From contig OZ365110.1 of NCBI GenBank assembly GCA_977030845.1, positions 30,008,001 to 30,072,000 on the forward strand: a stretch of DNA of 64,000 bases, in the 5' to 3' direction. Numbering within the stretch: position 1 is the first letter of the stretch; each line of letters opens with the position of its first letter. A program made the position numbers and the translations under genes. This stretch comes from Fimbriosthenelais zetlandica. Taxonomy: Eukaryota. Shown here piece after piece: positions 60,901 through 64,000 of this stretch. The notes beneath the pieces were generated by a model. The model saw nothing but the letters and a program-made list of their open reading frames with translations. It was not told the origin of the DNA and did no database searches.

Positions 60901-62388
60901 ATGAATTCATCTAAAGCACCATTGGTTACAATAAACGAATCAAGCGAATCACGGGATGAGGAGGACGATATAGGTGGAACAATTCCGGTTGCCCTCAGGT
61001 CCATAGAACAGTCATTGTTTGAGTCTATAGCAAAAGGCGACTGTGAGACCCTAAAGGAACTGATCAGGCTGGGTATTGACCTGAATGATGTCCGTGAGGG
61101 GGAGATTTCACCCATTATGTGCTCTGTAATGAGCCAGCGCCCCACCATTCTCAAGATCTTACTAGATGCTGGAGCAAAGGTGAGCATTGGAGACAACTGG
61201 GAGTCTCTACACTGGGCAGTGCACCTGGGTGATGTGGACTCAGCAAAGCTATTGCTGCAAGCAGGAATAAACCCAGACACAATTGATGCTGACAATTCCT
61301 GTTATACACCACTAACACGAGCGGCTAAAGCAGGTAATATATATGGCATGGTGTTAATAGAAACGCTCATACAACATGGATGCGCTGTTAACAAACAGGG
61401 ATTTATGGGCAACACGGCCCTTCACATTGTCCTGGAGGAAGGCATGTATGAAGCTGTGCCCTTGCTCCTGGAGAAGGGAGCAGACCCCAGCATTGAGAAT
61501 GATTTCAAACGGAGCTGTCTGGAGGTGGTGGTGAGTTCACAGGTAAATGCTGACCTCAAACTAGTGGCTCAGATCCTGGAGGTGTGCTGCCAGAAATGGA
61601 CGACTGAGGAGACGATGCAGTACCACCTGGATGGGGCTCTATATGCTGCAGTGAAGAAAGGTCGGACTGATCTGGTGGCGTTCCTTCTCAAGCATGGCGC
61701 GTCTCCTGAATGTGGATCCATTGGACCCCGCCGGGCAGAGAATGTCCTCCAGTTAACCTGTATCGCAGGTGACAATGTGGAGATGTTGAAACTCCTCATT
61801 GAAGCAGGTGTGCCTTTAAATGAACGAGACAGAAAACTGGCCTATCCCATCCACGCTGCCATAGAACACAGAAGACTGAAAACCCTCAAGTTATTTCTCC
61901 AGCTCGGTGCCAATCCTAACGTGCGGCGTTTTAAAGCCTTGGAGACACCGCTGATTTTGGCCATCAAAAGGGATTATGATGAGGGAGCCTTGGTTCTCAT
62001 TCAGTCTAACTGTGATGTGAACCAACCTGGATATGACAGACTCTCTCCTCTCTATTATGAAGGAGAGACTGTCATGCCGGTAGAGTTTGCCTTGAATCGT
62101 CACCGTTGGATCGTGGTCCGGGCCCTGGTTGTGGCCGGTTGTGACCGAGGTCCCATCAGAATCTGGCTTCAGCGAGTTCTCGAAGAAGGCTATGTGCATT
62201 ACGGAGAAGAAGCTATTCAGGAAGTAAGAAGTCTCATTTTCCAGCCGATGTCGCTGAAAGATCAAGCCAGGATCTTCATCAGAAATCGCTTCTCCAGCGG
62301 GTTGCTGAAACAAGTCCATCGGCTGCCCATCCCTCAAGTATTACGCAGCTTCGTCCTCATGAATGAATTCATTTCAGTGGAATATTAA
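60901..62388 (+). CDS. Ankyrin repeat and SOCS box protein (ASB family), ~495 aa, single coding exon
   Basis: About 10-11 ankyrin repeats (e.g. ESLHWAVHLGDVDSAKLLLQAG, NTALHIVLEEG, ETPLILAIKRD) and a C-terminal SOCS box PMSLKDQARIFIRNRF...VHRLPIPQVLRSFV. The track start at 60874 is a TTG inside a likely intron (donor 60171, acceptor TTCCAG 60899), so ATG 60901 is the probable start. Confidence 0.93.
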   Translation: MNSSKAPLVTINESSESRDEEDDIGGTIPVALRSIEQSLFESIAKGDCETLKELIRLGIDLNDVREGEISPIMCSVMSQRPTILKILLDAGAKVSIGDNWESLHWAVHLGDVDSAKLLLQAGINPDTIDADNSCYTPLTRAAKAGNIYGMVLIETLIQHGCAVNKQGFMGNTALHIVLEEGMYEAVPLLLEKGADPSIENDFKRSCLEVVVSSQVNADLKLVAQILEVCCQKWTTEETMQYHLDGALYAAVKKGRTDLVAFLLKHGASPECGSIGPRRAENVLQLTCIAGDNVEMLKLLIEAGVPLNERDRKLAYPIHAAIEHRRLKTLKLFLQLGANPNVRRFKALETPLILAIKRDYDEGALVLIQSNCDVNQPGYDRLSPLYYEGETVMPVEFALNRHRWIVVRALVVAGCDRGPIRIWLQRVLEEGYVHYGEEAIQEVRSLIFQPMSLKDQARIFIRNRFSSGLLKQVHRLPIPQVLRSFVLMNEFISVEY

Positions 62389-64000
62389 GGGCCTGGGAAC
62401 TATTTTTTAAAGTGGTTTTTGATCGTCTGTTCATGATATTACTCGTGGCTTATTCTATGCCAAGAGTGGATTTATGTTTTTCCAAAGTCGTCCTCACAAA
62501 ATGTCAACCCTGCATTTGTTGGCATCAGCACATTTAACTTTATATTCGATCTGGAAGAAACCATGTATGTTGACATCAGTGTCTTTTTGTAAACATCACT
62601 AAGCTGAACAGACTTTAGTTATTTACCTTTATACACCTATAGTTAAATGAAAGCCATGAAAACCTTATCGTGATATTTTTTTATTTCCCTATTTTGATAT
62701 TTGGTGCCATCATAAAGAATCAAAGTCCTAACCTTCGAAATGTTAATTCCTTAGAATTGTATTTGAAAAACTGTTGTACAAGCTCTTCTGATAAAGACCG
62801 TGGTGCGCTACAATATTGTCTTATGCCACAAAAATCAACGTATTGGCCATATATTTATCTAACCCCATTCCACATATTATTATTGATGAAAATATGTGTC
62901 TCTATAGATATCTAGATGAAGATATTTCTCTCTATATATTTGAATGTATATGTATTTACTAACTGATTTCGTATCCACTTCAGGTCCATCTGAACAAGAA
63001 AGGTTTTAACCTAACCCATTTGTGACAATTTGTATACTCATATTCATATTGCAGTGAACCATGTGTAGTGTTTGAAATAACTTGCTACTGATTCTTGAAT
63101 TTTCCCCCTTTATTTTTGAGGACATAATACTGTTGTATGGTGCTCTTTGCCATGTCTACCATGTTATCTATATTTACAGAATGTTGTTAAGTCTCCTATT
63201 GACAAGTTAAAGTGTTTGGTGTTGGCTGTATCTACAGTGTGCTATTAGCGCTAGTGTTTCCATGGGAAATTATCTACATATCTTGTCAAGATTTAGACGT
63301 TTCAGATGTTGTTTTGATGTTATGGGGATCTACTTTTGGTACATGTTTTGTGATGTGAATTTGAACATGGCAGGAGAGCTCTCCGCTCAGAGTGAAACCT
63401 TTGATGTCACACTATTGCGGAATGTGATCAATGAATCTTATTTTGTTGGAATTTTTTGGGGGGAAGAATTATTATTTTTGGTTTGAATGAAATATGCTTG
63501 ATGAATCTGTCTTATATCGTAATGTATACATGTCAGGTTCCATGAGGGATTTTTGTTCCTATCACGGCTGTATACAAATCTGACTGCATTCTGCCTAAAG
63601 TCATTGTTATTCCGACTGGATGCATTGGATCCTATATAAAGTATATCAAACTGCGGTGGTAATTTAGTCAGAGTTTGCAAATATTAAACAACTCTCCCAG
63701 AATCATATGTAGTCACCCAATAGTGTGATTGACGATACAATTACTGTATTATGTGACCATTATAATGGTGTTGCCACTAGACAAGTTTATAATTAGAAAA
63801 TTTCTCATTATTCTTAGCATATTTTGTTTAACATTCTTTATGAAGTGCAATTTGGTATTATTTTTACTTGTGGATCTGAATAAAAGTACATAATAATGCC
63901 GTTATTAGTTATAATAAATCATAACTGTCTGATAACTTGAGTTAAATGGACTAGTGTTATTACTATGGTTGCTTATCTACCCTCCAAATTCTGTACTGTA

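Noticed and set aside
60864-62337. Minus-strand ORFs of 143, 76 and 148 aa inside ASB (likewise 42625-42855 in DUSP, and 58796-58978 and 59246-59449 in cPLA2)
   Set aside because: Antisense shadows of real coding exons.

Overview
AT-rich metazoan genomic DNA with short GT-AG introns. The heavy TAGGCCTA/TACATGTA oligomer bias suggests an echinoderm; that is inference. The right third (42-62 kb) holds four protein-coding genes: an atypical dual-specificity phosphatase (-, one coding exon), a 6-exon 302-aa CARD-linker-PDZ adaptor (-) that the ORF track shows only as fragments, an 18-coding-exon 765-aa cPLA2-alpha-like phospholipase (+), and an ankyrin-repeat/SOCS-box protein (+, one coding exon). 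The left two thirds have no recognisable coding gene. They contain tRNA-Gly(CCC), a ~3.7-kb two-part minisatellite, one copy of a small palindromic MITE (a second copy lies in a cPLA2 intron), several related CpG-rich promoter-like modules, and a ~20-kb block with about ten times the expected density of CAGGTG E-boxes plus several RFX X-boxes. Top leads: (1) the compact CARD-(WxTFD)2-PDZ adaptor next to a DUSP that ends in a class I PDZ-binding motif; (2) a cPLA2 with its catalytic residues intact but with most Ca2+ ligands and the PIP2/C1P basic sites apparently lost, and with NLS-like motifs present; (3) the orphan regulatory block and its pre-miRNA-like hairpin. Gene models were spliced and translated by hand. 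Comparisons with human proteins are from memory and need a real alignment.
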